Shown here piece after piece: positions 37,405-52,409 of a stretch of 64,000 nt of DNA. The notes beneath the pieces were generated by a model. It was not told the DNA's origin. It was given only the letters and a program-made list of their open reading frames with translations, and searched no databases. The stretch is from NCBI GenBank assembly GCA_049968235.1, contig JBMFRC010000007.1, positions 1 to 64,000 on the forward strand, in the 5' to 3' direction. The stretch's first letter is position 1; each line of letters starts with the position of its first letter. The translations under genes and the position numbers were made by a program. This DNA comes from Candidatus Hydrogenedens sp. Its GTDB lineage: Bacteria > Hydrogenedentota > Hydrogenedentia > Hydrogenedentales > Hydrogenedentaceae.

Positions 37405-37571
37405 TTTACATTAATATAAATCTTAACCTTCTACTAAAACTATAAACTTCTGTCAATATTTATTTTATTCTTCTTACTTTGTCTGAATTTAGGTTGTAAC
37501 ATTAATAAAATATATTATATAATTTATTGTTTTTATAGATTGTAAAACAAATATATAAGGATTTTTATTCA

Positions 37572-38450
37572 ATGGAAACTATTAATTTACATAATTTTAA
37601 TCCAACTATAAAAATGTTATCTCTAATGAGAAAAAAGTCGGATTTAAAAAATTTATTATCTCCCCCACCCATTCAGATTTACGCAAACCGATTAAATTTC
37701 CATTCAAAGCAATTTGAAAAATATTTAAAATTATTTGATTTGCCATCTACCGATTTTTTGCCTATATCGTATCCTTTTATTTTAACAATGCCTATGCAAA
37801 TACAATTGTTTGCTCATCCATCAATACTTTTAAATCCTTTAGGATTTTTACATGTAAGCAATAATATGACATCATATAAACCTATCTCTAAAAATGAAAA
37901 AATGGAATCCTATTGCTATATAGATTCAACTCGATTAGTTAAAAAAGGCATGGAAATAGTTGTAAAAATCTTAATAAATATAAATTCCCAAACAATATGG
38001 GAATGTAAAAGCACCTATCTTAAATTTTCAAAAAAATATAGAGATGAAAAAGGAAATGAAAAAAAGACATTCTCTTTTGATTCATACGACAAATATGATG
38101 AAGAATACCATTGGCATGTATCAAGAAAAGATGCTTTTTCGTATGCTCATGTTTCTGGAGATTATAACTTAATACATCTCTCTTCGATATTTGCTCGCAT
38201 AACAGGTCTTCCTAAACCTATTATTCATGGTATGTGGTCTATTGGAAAATGTTTGCATTATTTAAATATAGACAGTCTGGGGTCATTATATTTTTACCAT
38301 GTATTTAAAGGACCTATCCCCTTAAATTCTTTTTGTAAACTGTGCATTATGAATATCCTAAATGATAGCAAACGTTTTGATTTATTTGTAGAAAACAATC
38401 CCCGTCCCTGTATACAAGGGATTATTTCCTCATCTCCTATAGAATCTTAA
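37572..38450 (+). CDS. MaoC-like (R)-specific enoyl-CoA hydratase/dehydratase family protein (double hotdog)
   Basis: C-terminal HVSGDYNLIHLSSIFARITGLPKPIIHGMW matches the MaoC dehydratase motif. The true start may be an internal Met. Confidence 0.5.
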   Translation: METINLHNFNPTIKMLSLMRKKSDLKNLLSPPPIQIYANRLNFHSKQFEKYLKLFDLPSTDFLPISYPFILTMPMQIQLFAHPSILLNPLGFLHVSNNMTSYKPISKNEKMESYCYIDSTRLVKKGMEIVVKILININSQTIWECKSTYLKFSKKYRDEKGNEKKTFSFDSYDKYDEEYHWHVSRKDAFSYAHVSGDYNLIHLSSIFARITGLPKPIIHGMWSIGKCLHYLNIDSLGSLYFYHVFKGPIPLNSFCKLCIMNILNDSKRFDLFVENNPRPCIQGIISSSPIES

Positions 38451-38568
38451 ACGACATATTTCTCCTATTGTCTTCTGACAAATTAAATCTATATAGAGTG
38501 AAATCGCACTCATAGTAATATTATCCACAGGTTATAAATACTCATCTATTCGGTATTACCTTTAATAT

Positions 38569-41763
<3,195 letters not shown>

Positions 41764-41888
41764 TTACTCCTTTACACGCTAATTTTTCTTTGGTAAGATA
41801 AAGGATAGAATGCTAAAATATCTTTCTATCACTGTGATATATTAAATGATTTATAGTATAAGTTATCAACTGACGGAGAACCTTAGTT

Positions 41889-42455
41889 ATGATTATACAA
41901 AGTATAGAGCATTGCAGTTTAAAAGGAATTATTCATTTTAGACTTGGTAGATTTAATGATATACGCGGTTTCTTTACAGAACTATATCATCAGGATGAAT
42001 TAAAGAAGGTAGGATTTTCCGAAATATTTGTTCAGGATAACCTAAGCAAATCCCAGAAGGGTGTGCTCCGAGGGATGCATTACCAATTAGAGCCTTACGG
42101 CATGGGTAAATTAGTGTGCTGTGTTAGTGGTGGTATATATGATGTTGTAGTTGACCTGCGAACAGGTTCACCAACTTTTGGGAAATGGGAAGGTTTTTAT
42201 CTTACAGAAGGGGATTTAAGTCTTTTATGGGTGCCTGTAGGCTTCGCTCATGGTTTTCTGAGCCTTTACGACAATACCCATGTATTATACAAATGCACCT
42301 CTTTTTATAATATGCAGGCAGAGCGTTCTGTTTCATATTGTTGTCCCAAGATAGGTATCTACTGGCCTCAACAACCCGTTATCATCTCTGAAAAAGACAA
42401 AAATGCACCTACTCTCGAAAAAGCAGAATACAATTTCCTCTACAAAGAAGAATGA
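41889..42455 (+). CDS. rmlC: dTDP-4-dehydrorhamnose 3,5-epimerase
   Basis: RGMHYQLEPYGMGKLVCCVSGGIYDVVVDLRTGSPTFGKW, the cupin RmlC signature. Confidence 0.85.
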   Translation: MIIQSIEHCSLKGIIHFRLGRFNDIRGFFTELYHQDELKKVGFSEIFVQDNLSKSQKGVLRGMHYQLEPYGMGKLVCCVSGGIYDVVVDLRTGSPTFGKWEGFYLTEGDLSLLWVPVGFAHGFLSLYDNTHVLYKCTSFYNMQAERSVSYCCPKIGIYWPQQPVIISEKDKNAPTLEKAEYNFLYKEE

Positions 42456-42468
42456 TTCGGATACTAAA

Positions 42469-44016
42469 ATGTCAGTAATTCCCCTTTTTTTTGATAAATT
42501 ACGAAATTTATTTCTTAGTAATTATATATTTTCCTTCTACTATATAATTGTACTTGTTATTATCCTTGTCACAATTATCTCTGCGTTATTTCCTTATCAA
42601 ACACAAAATTTTTTCTATGAATACTTAGGTAAAGCATTCACTCGTTCTCAATCCTTGAAAATTATTATTCCAGACAACTGTGAAAATGACCGTATCTGCA
42701 TATCATCACTTATGGATTCATTAAAACAGAAACATAAAAAAATTCTCATTAAAGAAGTAGATTGCGAAAAAACCGCTTCTCCTATTGATATGTTAGTAAA
42801 AGGGAAAGGGGATATTATCGTCACTTCATCTATATCTGCTTTGATGAAAAAAAAGGGATTTACTGCTCTCTCAACAGCAGGTGAAAAAGGGATTTATATT
42901 ATTGCTCCTAAAAATTATAATTTTGAAGAATTCCAAATGTTAGCCGGGAAAAAAATTGGATTTTTAGGAGACATAACTACAGGAATTTATATAACAGAGC
43001 AGTTAATAAAATTTTATCATTTTGATGTTCCTCCTGAATTACATTCTCAAAAGATTTACAATGTCGAAAAATCTTTCTCCAGTGGTGAAATAGAAGCAGT
43101 TGTATGGGTTGAAGGAATTAATTCTTCCATAATTCGAGATTTTTTAAGTAAAACATGGTATCAGATTGTTCCGATTCAACAATCAAAAGACTTTTCGGAA
43201 ACAATACCGGGATTACATATAAAAAACTTAAATATATCCCCCTTCGGTTCTATCGACTTAATTTGTATTAAAAATATTCTGGCTATTTCAAATAGAGTGC
43301 CTAATTCTATTGTCCGAGAAGTGATAACTGCATGGTTTTCCTCTGAATTTATATTATATTCTCCTGAATATGAGCCCACTTGTAGCGCTTTTATTCCACC
43401 ACCATTCATTGATATTCATCCTGTTGCTTTGACTTATTTTAATAAGGACAAACCTTTAACCAGAACAGAATTGACAACTCTTGCTTTTTCTTTTATTTCT
43501 ATTCTCATCGCAATCCTATTATTAAAACAACTTTTTCATATATGGCTAAGACAAAGGAATAAGCCCTATGAAAAAGAATTAGAGAAAAGATGGGAAGAAG
43601 TAACATCCTTAAAGTATCAATGGGAAGTAGGTCTTTCAAATGATGAGATACTGATTCGATTAAAGCGAATAAAATCCATTTATAACTGGGCATTGGAAAG
43701 TTATAAACAAAATTTTATCTCCGAAAAAGAAGTTATGCTTCTCTACTTAAATATTCTTCATCAAATATTAGAATTTAACGAACAATATTTTAAATATTTA
43801 AATAAGAATAAAACTATTGATAAACTTTCGATAAACGGATTAACAACACCATCAACACAAATTCCGGATACAGAAGTCCAATCACTTCAAACTGTTCCCC
43901 GAACTTTTATTGATGAAAAAGATAAATATTTGAAGACACCTGTACCACAACAACGTTCCAGGGAACAGATACAACAAATGTTATTATTTGACCATAACCA
44001 GGATAGTGAAAAATAA
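42469..44016 (+). CDS. Membrane-anchored protein with a periplasmic type-2 solute-binding (TAXI/PhnD-like) domain, a second TM and a cytoplasmic coiled-coil C-terminal region
   Basis: I chose the second in-frame Met (MSVIPLFF) because the track's start at 42403 overlaps rmlC by 53 nt. TM…GKKIGFLGDITTGIY…GEIEAVVWVEG is PBP2-like, followed by TM LTTLAFSFISILIAILLL. Confidence 0.35.
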   Translation: MSVIPLFFDKLRNLFLSNYIFSFYYIIVLVIILVTIISALFPYQTQNFFYEYLGKAFTRSQSLKIIIPDNCENDRICISSLMDSLKQKHKKILIKEVDCEKTASPIDMLVKGKGDIIVTSSISALMKKKGFTALSTAGEKGIYIIAPKNYNFEEFQMLAGKKIGFLGDITTGIYITEQLIKFYHFDVPPELHSQKIYNVEKSFSSGEIEAVVWVEGINSSIIRDFLSKTWYQIVPIQQSKDFSETIPGLHIKNLNISPFGSIDLICIKNILAISNRVPNSIVREVITAWFSSEFILYSPEYEPTCSAFIPPPFIDIHPVALTYFNKDKPLTRTELTTLAFSFISILIAILLLKQLFHIWLRQRNKPYEKELEKRWEEVTSLKYQWEVGLSNDEILIRLKRIKSIYNWALESYKQNFISEKEVMLLYLNILHQILEFNEQYFKYLNKNKTIDKLSINGLTTPSTQIPDTEVQSLQTVPRTFIDEKDKYLKTPVPQQRSREQIQQMLLFDHNQDSEK

Positions 44017-44039
44017 AATTTTAACAGATAGGGGTATCT

Positions 44040-44990
44040 ATGAAAAACCAATACATTTCGGATTTATATGAAGGAAACGAGGTAAATGACTATTTTATCC
44101 TTACGACAAAAAGTATAAGAGAACAACCCTCTGGAGATAGATTCTTAGGTTTTGTTGTTCGCGATAAAACGGGAGAAATGAGTGGTGTTTTATGGGATAA
44201 ACCAGAGGAAACTGCAAGAAGAATTGAAGTGGGAGATATTGTAGTCGTTAAAGGAACCATCAAATCGTATAAAGATAAATTACAAATTCATGCTACAAGT
44301 ATAATACCACTTGGAAAAGAACAATACGCAAAGGAAGATTTAATACTACCCGAAGAGACAAATACAAAATATCTAACAGAACTTTGGGCAATCCTTGATT
44401 CGATAAAGAATCCCTGGTTAAAAAAACTATTACAATCTATCCGTAACGATACACAACTAATTAATACTATGCAAAGTATACCCGCAGCTAAAAAATGGCA
44501 CCATGAAATTCGCGGAGGACTTCTTCGACATTGTTATGAATTGATAAAAATAGCATCCGCAGTTTGCGAGTTATATCCAAATGTAAATAAAGATTTATTA
44601 ATAACCGCCTGTTTTTTGCATGACATCGGAAAAGTCCATGAGCTAACGGATAATCCCATGCTCATTGATTATACAGATGCGGGAAAATTATTGGGGCATC
44701 TTGTCATCGGTGCTATTCTTATATCCGATAAAATACAAACAATTGAAGGTTTTCCCGAAGACTTACGATTACACTTACTCCACTGTATTTTGGCACATCA
44801 TGGGGAATTGGAAAAGGGTTCCCCTGTGGTTCCGAAAACATTAGAAGCCATGATATTACACTACTTAGACAATTTAGATGCACAAACCTACGCTTTAACG
44901 AGGATAGAAAAAGAGACCTTAAAAAAAGGAGATAAATGGTCTGAGTTCATCAATCTAATTTCACGACAAATCTGGACAAAAAAATTGTAA
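44040..44990 (+). CDS. YhaM-like 3'-5' exoribonuclease (OB-fold plus HD domain)
   Basis: N-terminal OB-fold (…FLGFVVRDKTGEMSGVLWDK…VVVKGTIKSYKDKLQI…) followed by HD motif H…LHDIGKV…HH. Confidence 0.6.
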   Translation: MKNQYISDLYEGNEVNDYFILTTKSIREQPSGDRFLGFVVRDKTGEMSGVLWDKPEETARRIEVGDIVVVKGTIKSYKDKLQIHATSIIPLGKEQYAKEDLILPEETNTKYLTELWAILDSIKNPWLKKLLQSIRNDTQLINTMQSIPAAKKWHHEIRGGLLRHCYELIKIASAVCELYPNVNKDLLITACFLHDIGKVHELTDNPMLIDYTDAGKLLGHLVIGAILISDKIQTIEGFPEDLRLHLLHCILAHHGELEKGSPVVPKTLEAMILHYLDNLDAQTYALTRIEKETLKKGDKWSEFINLISRQIWTKKL

Positions 44991-44999
44991 TTCTAATTT

Positions 45000-46007
45000 T
45001 TATCTCACATTATATTCCACAGGCTTACAAACTGCTCTAAAATTTTCATATGGAGTATCGCCCGGAATTTCACATCCAGCACCAATCATAAGCGGAGGAC
45101 CTACTTCTCTATATAATTCCAGATGTTTCTTATAGATAACTTCAGGAGTGGATTCCATAACCTCTCTTACAGGGTCAAGGTTCGTTACCAGAACTTTGTC
45201 ATTTCCAAGAATCTCTCTTGCTTCCTTCAAAGGGACAAACCAATCCAAATCATAAACATCGCAGGGCAAATCTTTCCAATAGTATAATAAATGGCGTGTA
45301 TTACCACAAATATGCAATCGAACCAATCCGCCTGCTTTTTTTATAGCATCCATCAAACGATATTCGTGGGGGAATATTAAATCACGATAAGTCTCCGGTG
45401 AAACCTGACTTGCAATAGCATCACCAATTCCAATAGTATCTGCCCCTTCTTTCAACTGAGCCAGAGCGAAATTAATTGCGGTATCCACACAAAAACTCAT
45501 CAATTCATTAACATATTCAGGTTGAACCAACAAATCCATCAAAAAGTCTGTTACTCCCCGCAAATCCGCAGCCTCTGCAGCAGGACCTTCTATCCATCCC
45601 ATTACAGAATATTCATTCTTAGCACGATTTCTCATTTCACGAACAGATAAAATTCGGTCGTACATTCGTTCTGCCTTATAAGGGTCCGGAATAGGAAGTC
45701 TCGTAAAATCCGGATTATCGCGTAGCGGAGGATTGGGACAACGTGGAACTGCATCTTCTGGATATTCTAATACCGTTCCAAAACCTGACGTTTCACGGAA
45801 AGGGTCTGATATTGCACTCCATTGGTCATAGCCAAAATCCCGGATACATGCCTCATTAGCATTAACAAGCACATTATAATCGGTCACAAACTGCCGATAA
45901 TTACATCCAATATAATGGGTTGCAAAAGACATAACTATAGGCAATCGAGGGAGGAAATCAACAGGCTCATTGCGAATTGTTTTGATATATCGTTCATAAG
46001 AGTTCAT
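45000..46007 (-). CDS. Uroporphyrinogen decarboxylase (URO-D) family protein (HemE/MtaA-CmuA-like)
   Basis: N-terminal …IRNEPVDFLPRLPIVM… resembles the URO-D family. 335 aa. Confidence 0.5.
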   Translation of the reverse strand: MNSYERYIKTIRNEPVDFLPRLPIVMSFATHYIGCNYRQFVTDYNVLVNANEACIRDFGYDQWSAISDPFRETSGFGTVLEYPEDAVPRCPNPPLRDNPDFTRLPIPDPYKAERMYDRILSVREMRNRAKNEYSVMGWIEGPAAEAADLRGVTDFLMDLLVQPEYVNELMSFCVDTAINFALAQLKEGADTIGIGDAIASQVSPETYRDLIFPHEYRLMDAIKKAGGLVRLHICGNTRHLLYYWKDLPCDVYDLDWFVPLKEAREILGNDKVLVTNLDPVREVMESTPEVIYKKHLELYREVGPPLMIGAGCEIPGDTPYENFRAVCKPVEYNVR

Positions 46008-46052
46008 ACCATACCCTTTAATTTATTGTTTAATTTTATATTAACATAATTA

Positions 46053-48902
46053 TTAAACAATATTACCTAATTTCGCCTTTAAATGTTGCCCTGTATATGA
46101 TTTCATTTCCTTTATTATATCTTCCGGTGGACCCTGAGCAATGACATATCCCCCCTGGTCACCTCCTTCAGGACCAAGGTCTATAATCCAATCGGCAGTT
46201 CGAATAACTTCAAGGTTATGCTCTATAACAATAACAGTATTCCCCAAATCTACAAGTTGATGTAATACTCGAAGCAATCTATCCACATCAACAGCATGTA
46301 GTCCTGTGGTAGGCTCATCGAGGATATAAAGTGTGTTTCCAGTATGCCTTCTTAACAATTCCGTTGCTAACTTAACACGCTGTGCCTCTCCTCCTGAAAG
46401 TGTTGTTGCGGGTTGACCTAAATTAATATATCCCAGACCCACCTCAAAAAGGGTTTCTAAGGGGCGAGATATTTGAGGAATATTTTTAAAGAAATCCATT
46501 GCATTTTCAACAGTCATATCCAGCACTTCTGCTATATTTTTACCTTTATACTGGATTTGCAAAGTATCACGGTTATATTTTTTTCCATGACAAGTATCAC
46601 AGGGGATATATACATCCGGGAGAAATTGCATTTCAATAGTTAAGTAACCATTCCCTTCACAGGCTTCACAACGTCCCCCTTTCACATTAAAACTAAATCT
46701 ACCCGCACTGTATCCGCGTGCTCTTGCTTCAGGAACTTTGCTGAATAATTCACGAATAGGTGTAAATAAACCGGTATATGTAGCCGGATTAGAACGAGGG
46801 GTTCTTCCGATAGGTGATTGGTCTATATCTATTACTTTATCAATGTTGTTTATCCCTTCTATTTGTGAATAGAACAGCTTAACTTCGGGTTTCTTTTTTA
46901 ATATGGCATTTTGAACTGCAGGGAATAAAGTCTCATTGATTAAACTGGATTTTCCGGAACCCGAAACGCCTGTTACACAAACAAACACCCCTAAAGGAAA
47001 CGAGACATCTATATTTTTCAAATTATTTAAAGAGACACCTTTTATAGTAAGCCATTTATTTTGAGGTTTTCTTCGTTTTTCGGGGCAAAAAACATGAAAT
47101 TTTCCAGCAAGATACTTTCCTGTCCATGAATCAGCACACTTTGCAATCTTTGACGGCGGTCCTTGAGCAACAATTTTTCCACCATGAATACCTGCACCGG
47201 GTCCTAAATCAATAACATAGTCCGCAGAACGAATTGTAGATTCATCGTGTTCAACCACAATAACGGTATTTCCCAAATTCCTGAGTTTTATCAGTGTTTC
47301 AATTAAACGATTTGTATCGCGAGGATGCAATCCAATACTGGGTTCATCCAGGACATAAATAACACCGACCAATCCCGAACCTATTTGACTTGCTAAACGA
47401 ATTCTTTGTGATTCCCCTCCCGATAATGTCCCAGCATTACGGTCTAAGGTTAAATAATCCAGACCCACATCCATAAGAAATGATAATCGCAAATTAATTT
47501 CCTTCAACACTCTTTCTGCTATCTTTTTTTGGAATTCAGTCAACTTTAAGTTTTCAAAGAATGCCCGTGCTTCTTTAATAGACATTTTTGTTACATCTAC
47601 AATATTCTTTCCATCTATTCGAACAGCACGCGATTCCGGTTTTAATCTTGTACCCTGACAGGAACGGCATATATGGGTTGCCATATATTTTTCTATCATT
47701 TCCCGAGCACGATTTGAAGTTGTTTCTCTATACCGTCGTTCTAAATTAGGAATAACCCCTTCAAAAGGTTTATAAGTTTCATAACTACTATTTGCCATAT
47801 GATATGTAAAACGGATATATTCATCTCCCGAGCCATAAAGAATAATCTCTTTGAATGTATCCGGCAAATCCTTCCAGGGGGTTAAAGGACTTTCACCATA
47901 ATGTTCACAGATAATACGCAGTGTTTTTCGATACATTGAATCAAGAATAGGTCGCTGACTCCAGGGTTCAACAGCACCTTCTGCTATTGACAAATCGGGA
48001 TTGGGAATAACAAGTTCAGGGTCAATTTCCGTCACAGTTCCTAAACCGGTACATGCGGGACATGCCCCATGAGGATTATTAAAAGAGAACATACGAGGTT
48101 CTAACTCTTCAATAGAGATATTGCAGTCAATACAGGAAAGTTTCTCACTTTGTAATATTTCCTGAGGTTGACTTCCCGGGAATTCATACCAAATACGAAC
48201 TAACCCATTCCCCAGTTTCAGAGCCGTTTCTATAGAGTCCGTTAATCGTTTTTGTATATCGGATTTAATAACAAGCCTATCTACTACAACCTCAATATCA
48301 TGTTTTTTATATCGTTCTAATTTTATTTCATCGTCCACATGATAAATCGTTTTGTTTACACGAACTCGAACAAATCCAGATTTTTTAATTTCTTCAAATA
48401 ATTTTGTATAGTTCCCTTTTCTTTGACGAACCACAGGGGCTAAAATTTGAATTTTGGTTTGTTCTGGAAAGCCCATAATATTATCTACAATCTGTTGGGG
48501 TGTCTGAGCGGAAATTACTTTACCACATTTATAGCAATAGGGTGTTCCAACACGAGCGAAAAGCAATCGTAGATAATCATATATTTCAGTTACAGTTCCG
48601 ACCGTAGAACGCGGGTTTCGATGAACGGTCTTTTGTTCTATCGAAATAGCAGGGCTTAACCCTTCAATCAGGTCAACATCCGGTTTTTCCATTTGTTCAA
48701 GGAATTGTCGTGCATATGCGGATAGACTTTCGACATATCGTCTCTGCCCTTCCGCATAAAGAGTATCAAAAGCAAGGCTGGATTTCCCGGAGCCACTCAA
48801 CCCGGTAATTACAATCAGTTTGTTCCTTGGCAAATCCAGATTGATATTAGCGAGGTTGTGTTGTCGTGCCCCACGGATAATAATATATTCGGATTTATTC
48901 AT
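46053..48902 (-). CDS. uvrA: Excinuclease ABC subunit A
   Basis: 949 aa. Duplicated ABC ATPase modules ([23 protein letters not shown]…; [15 protein letters not shown]…). Zn-finger Cys pairs. Confidence 0.95.
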   Translation of the reverse strand: MNKSEYIIIRGARQHNLANINLDLPRNKLIVITGLSGSGKSSLAFDTLYAEGQRRYVESLSAYARQFLEQMEKPDVDLIEGLSPAISIEQKTVHRNPRSTVGTVTEIYDYLRLLFARVGTPYCYKCGKVISAQTPQQIVDNIMGFPEQTKIQILAPVVRQRKGNYTKLFEEIKKSGFVRVRVNKTIYHVDDEIKLERYKKHDIEVVVDRLVIKSDIQKRLTDSIETALKLGNGLVRIWYEFPGSQPQEILQSEKLSCIDCNISIEELEPRMFSFNNPHGACPACTGLGTVTEIDPELVIPNPDLSIAEGAVEPWSQRPILDSMYRKTLRIICEHYGESPLTPWKDLPDTFKEIILYGSGDEYIRFTYHMANSSYETYKPFEGVIPNLERRYRETTSNRAREMIEKYMATHICRSCQGTRLKPESRAVRIDGKNIVDVTKMSIKEARAFFENLKLTEFQKKIAERVLKEINLRLSFLMDVGLDYLTLDRNAGTLSGGESQRIRLASQIGSGLVGVIYVLDEPSIGLHPRDTNRLIETLIKLRNLGNTVIVVEHDESTIRSADYVIDLGPGAGIHGGKIVAQGPPSKIAKCADSWTGKYLAGKFHVFCPEKRRKPQNKWLTIKGVSLNNLKNIDVSFPLGVFVCVTGVSGSGKSSLINETLFPAVQNAILKKKPEVKLFYSQIEGINNIDKVIDIDQSPIGRTPRSNPATYTGLFTPIRELFSKVPEARARGYSAGRFSFNVKGGRCEACEGNGYLTIEMQFLPDVYIPCDTCHGKKYNRDTLQIQYKGKNIAEVLDMTVENAMDFFKNIPQISRPLETLFEVGLGYINLGQPATTLSGGEAQRVKLATELLRRHTGNTLYILDEPTTGLHAVDVDRLLRVLHQLVDLGNTVIVIEHNLEVIRTADWIIDLGPEGGDQGGYVIAQGPPEDIIKEMKSYTGQHLKAKLGNIV

Positions 48903-48934
48903 AAAACACAGTATTTTTCTATTTTTTCAAACGA

Positions 48935-50905
48935 TTATTGGTTGGCTTGAACATTTTCAGATGGGATTGTAGGTGGTTTAACAATTAAAGATTCCTCAAT
49001 ATTCCCATCAATAATAATATCACCTTTAACAGTCTTTAACAGAACAGTATATTTTCCTTCTCGAATCTGGGCTTCTGCTTCTTGTTTCATTCTAGAAAAA
49101 ACACCCATTAAAGGAAGGGCAGTATCAATAATTCCCTCTTGCGTTATGGCTTTTAATTTACAATCTGTTTCAGGTGATAAAAGAATACTAATATTTCCCT
49201 TATCGGTTGAAATGTCAATATCGCCTAATATTCCATTCAGAGCCAAAAAACGAACATCTCCTTCCTGCAATCGTGCTACAACCTTCGATTGAATATCTTC
49301 TAAATTCACATTTGCCTGAATAGCCGTTATATTAATAGGTGCTTTAATATTTTTCAATGTCGCCAACCCACCACGAATCGCTATTTCTCCATTACTACCC
49401 ATATCTTCTATTCGTATATTCCCTTTTTGATTTGATACAAAATAAGGACCTTTACATGTTAATACAGAAACGACACCTGACCCTTGATTTATTCGTAGAG
49501 AACTCTCCATATTTTCACATGCAGTTTGTCCTTCTTTTGACTCTATAGAAACACCCATATGGGAAGGACAAAATATCTGAATATCCACCCTCCAATCTGA
49601 AAGATATTCGGGAAGAGCATCAAAATTTCCCGAAGTCATAATATATATTCTATTTTCTGTTCGATGAAGGTTTGCTGACACTTTCTCCAATGCTGATGTT
49701 GCTTTATCTGCAGAAGAAACCCAAACCAAACGGGTTGCTTTTACTCGTATTTTATTATCACCTGACGGGAGAATACGAACATCTCCTTTTTGATTGTTTA
49801 TTATTAAAACATCCTCGGGAGTTATTTCTTCCTCTACGGAAAAAACTTCACTAAAAGGTTTATAGTTTGATATAGTACTCTGAGGACTGGATAGAAATGT
49901 GTCGCTTCTAAAAAGAGCTACCTCCGAAAATACCGCTGTTATTTCAATTTTTTGTTTCGCATCCGGATTGGTTAAGTCTAAAGTACTCAATGAGCCTGTA
50001 CTTTTTTGAAGAATAGGCACATCCGTACTTAACTGACTTCCTAATAAACTCCCTTTCACTTCTAATTGTGATGTATCTTCAAACTTAATACTTGATTTGC
50101 CACTATCTGTATGCAAAATATACCTTCCTACTCCTAATTTTTGTAGTTTTAGTTCTCCTAAAAGATTATAAATACTAACTTCCCCTTGCAAATCATATAT
50201 CTCTGCATTTGTTCTCGAAAGATAGAAAAAACCACCATTTGTAATTTTTTTCGCTTTTAGCGGAAATTCCCCCTGTGTTCTCACTGAAACCTTGCCATTA
50301 ATATTTTCAAGTTCTATCGAACCATACTGTTCGTTAATCGTTACAGTTCCATCCACATTGGATATTCGCGTATCTCCAAAAAAATTATCAACAGAAATAT
50401 TTGCAGAACGAGGTAGTGTAATCACATAATCAATTTTTATAAATGATACACTCTCTTCGGGAAATTGATTTTCAATTAATAGTGTATTATTTTCGTTATT
50501 GATTCGTGGCTGGAAATTACTTGCTGTTTTTTCAAGAACATCTTGATTTTGCCCACCTAAGGTTAGGGTCGTCTGCACAACTACTAACGGCTCACTCCAC
50601 GATTTAATTTCAACGAGTCCAAACTCATTTTTTATCAAGACATTTATATTTTGAGATACAGAGACCTGATTTTCATAGTTCTTTGTAATTGTATATGGGA
50701 CAGATTGTTGATTGCCGAAAAGGTTTGACCTTAGTACCTCATCTGCATAAGAACCAATCTGATGAATACCTTTTATAACGGTATCAAACCCTGTTTTAAC
50801 GCCATCCAGAAGTTTGTCCTGTCCGTATGAGGAGGAGGCATACAGGTAGACACAAATAAAAAATATTAATAACTTTTTCAAATTATTGTTTCTATAATGC
50901 ATCAT
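48935..50905 (-). CDS. Secreted beta-strand-repeat (DUF4097/adhesin-like) protein
   Basis: Signal peptide. Repetitive G-x-I/V-x-I/V beta-solenoid-like segments (…GDVRISN…GKVSVRT…GNIRIED…). Confidence 0.4.
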   Translation of the reverse strand: MMHYRNNNLKKLLIFFICVYLYASSSYGQDKLLDGVKTGFDTVIKGIHQIGSYADEVLRSNLFGNQQSVPYTITKNYENQVSVSQNINVLIKNEFGLVEIKSWSEPLVVVQTTLTLGGQNQDVLEKTASNFQPRINNENNTLLIENQFPEESVSFIKIDYVITLPRSANISVDNFFGDTRISNVDGTVTINEQYGSIELENINGKVSVRTQGEFPLKAKKITNGGFFYLSRTNAEIYDLQGEVSIYNLLGELKLQKLGVGRYILHTDSGKSSIKFEDTSQLEVKGSLLGSQLSTDVPILQKSTGSLSTLDLTNPDAKQKIEITAVFSEVALFRSDTFLSSPQSTISNYKPFSEVFSVEEEITPEDVLIINNQKGDVRILPSGDNKIRVKATRLVWVSSADKATSALEKVSANLHRTENRIYIMTSGNFDALPEYLSDWRVDIQIFCPSHMGVSIESKEGQTACENMESSLRINQGSGVVSVLTCKGPYFVSNQKGNIRIEDMGSNGEIAIRGGLATLKNIKAPINITAIQANVNLEDIQSKVVARLQEGDVRFLALNGILGDIDISTDKGNISILLSPETDCKLKAITQEGIIDTALPLMGVFSRMKQEAEAQIREGKYTVLLKTVKGDIIIDGNIEESLIVKPPTIPSENVQANQ

Positions 50906-50908
50906 TAT

Positions 50909-52327
50909 TTACTTGTTAAATAAATATCCAAATATTTTCTTTATTATTGTTAATCCATTATCGGAGGTATTTTGTTCCACAAGATTTATTTCTGAAGATG
51001 TTCCCTTATATACATTTTCCACAATCTTCTGAACTTCAGACTTAACCAGCCCGCGTAAAGGTACATTCGCTAACATACCATAGACCGGTGCAGTTGCTTG
51101 CTTTGCCAAATCAGGATTTGCTTTTACTGTCTCTACAGCTTCTTTTAAATCATTTAAATATTCATCCACAACTCTATCATGCAATGGGTTTATCATGAAA
51201 TGAATGCTCGCAGGTTTTTGCTGGCGGTCAATATGCCATCCTTTTGCTTCTAAAATATCTGCTACTGCATAAATATTTACTTTTGGAGTTTTACTACAAT
51301 AAGCAAATAACGGTCCCTGTGGTTCACCCACAATTTCCAAGTCAGGAATCTCTTGAATACCTTTCTTAAATTTCCTAACAATCTCCGCTAATTTCTTCGC
51401 ATTTTCAAGATACCTGTTTTGGCCCAAACCCATAAGAGTTGCCCATGCAGAAGCAATGGCTCCTCCGGGACGGGTACCTGTTAGACCGGGCGTCATCACA
51501 ATACCGCCAGGAAAATCTACTGAAATAAATAATTGATACTTCATTATATCCATAGAACGATACAAAATAACAGAGGCACCTTTGGCAGAATAGCCATATT
51601 TATGTAAATCTGCAGAGATAGATGTTACCCCAGAAATACGGAAATCAAAAGGAGTAATATCTTCCCCTAATTTCTCCAACCATGGGAGAATAAAACCTCC
51701 AACACACGCATCAACATGTAAATATAAATGATATTTTATTGCTAAATCACTCAATTTAGATATAGGGTCAATAGTTCCATAGGGATAATTGGGGGCAGAA
51801 CCAACCAGAGCAATGGTCTTCGGCGTTATTCTTCGTTCAACTGCATCTACATCCACTTTCCCCGTTTTATCCACAGGAGCATGTATCATCTTTATATCAA
51901 AATACTCTCCTGCTTTAAGAAAAGCAACATGTGCTGAGTCAGGAATAATAACCTCAGGGATAAAATACTTATCTCGGCGTTCTATCCGTACTTTATCTCT
52001 ATATGTTTTCATTGCTAACAAAATACTTTCTGTGCCACCAGAGGTCATACAACCCACAGTATTATCATCCCCATTAAGCAAAGAAGCAGTCATCTGAACG
52101 ACTTCTGCCTCAAATTTCTTTAAACTTTGAAATGCCATTGGATTTAATCCATTTTCATGGATATACATATTGTATGCGTCTTTAACAAGTTCTGAATGTT
52201 CTTCTGAAAAATGGAATACAAGACTAAATATCCGACCATCTTCCCAACGAGCATCATTTTGCCGGGCTAATTCTAATTCCTTTAAAATTTCTTCTTTTGA
52301 TTTCCCTTCCTCTGGAATAGTTATCAC
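50909..52327 (-). CDS. PLP-dependent group-II-decarboxylase-fold enzyme, sphingosine-1-phosphate lyase-like
   Basis: GGTESILLAMKTYRD. HVDACVGGFILPW. SADLHKYGYSAKGASVILYRS…GGIVMTPGLTGTRPGGAIASAWA…KGWH…PASIHFMINPLH closely parallels motif blocks of eukaryotic and bacterial S1P lyases. Comparison is from memory, not a search. Confidence 0.65.
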   Translation of the reverse strand: MITIPEEGKSKEEILKELELARQNDARWEDGRIFSLVFHFSEEHSELVKDAYNMYIHENGLNPMAFQSLKKFEAEVVQMTASLLNGDDNTVGCMTSGGTESILLAMKTYRDKVRIERRDKYFIPEVIIPDSAHVAFLKAGEYFDIKMIHAPVDKTGKVDVDAVERRITPKTIALVGSAPNYPYGTIDPISKLSDLAIKYHLYLHVDACVGGFILPWLEKLGEDITPFDFRISGVTSISADLHKYGYSAKGASVILYRSMDIMKYQLFISVDFPGGIVMTPGLTGTRPGGAIASAWATLMGLGQNRYLENAKKLAEIVRKFKKGIQEIPDLEIVGEPQGPLFAYCSKTPKVNIYAVADILEAKGWHIDRQQKPASIHFMINPLHDRVVDEYLNDLKEAVETVKANPDLAKQATAPVYGMLANVPLRGLVKSEVQKIVENVYKGTSSEINLVEQNTSDNGLTIIKKIFGYLFNK

Positions 52328-52409
52328 TTTGGGTCTCCTATCTTACATTCTTTATCACAACTTTGAGATAAAATTATACCTTAAATCTATCACCAATTCT
52401 GAAATAAGT

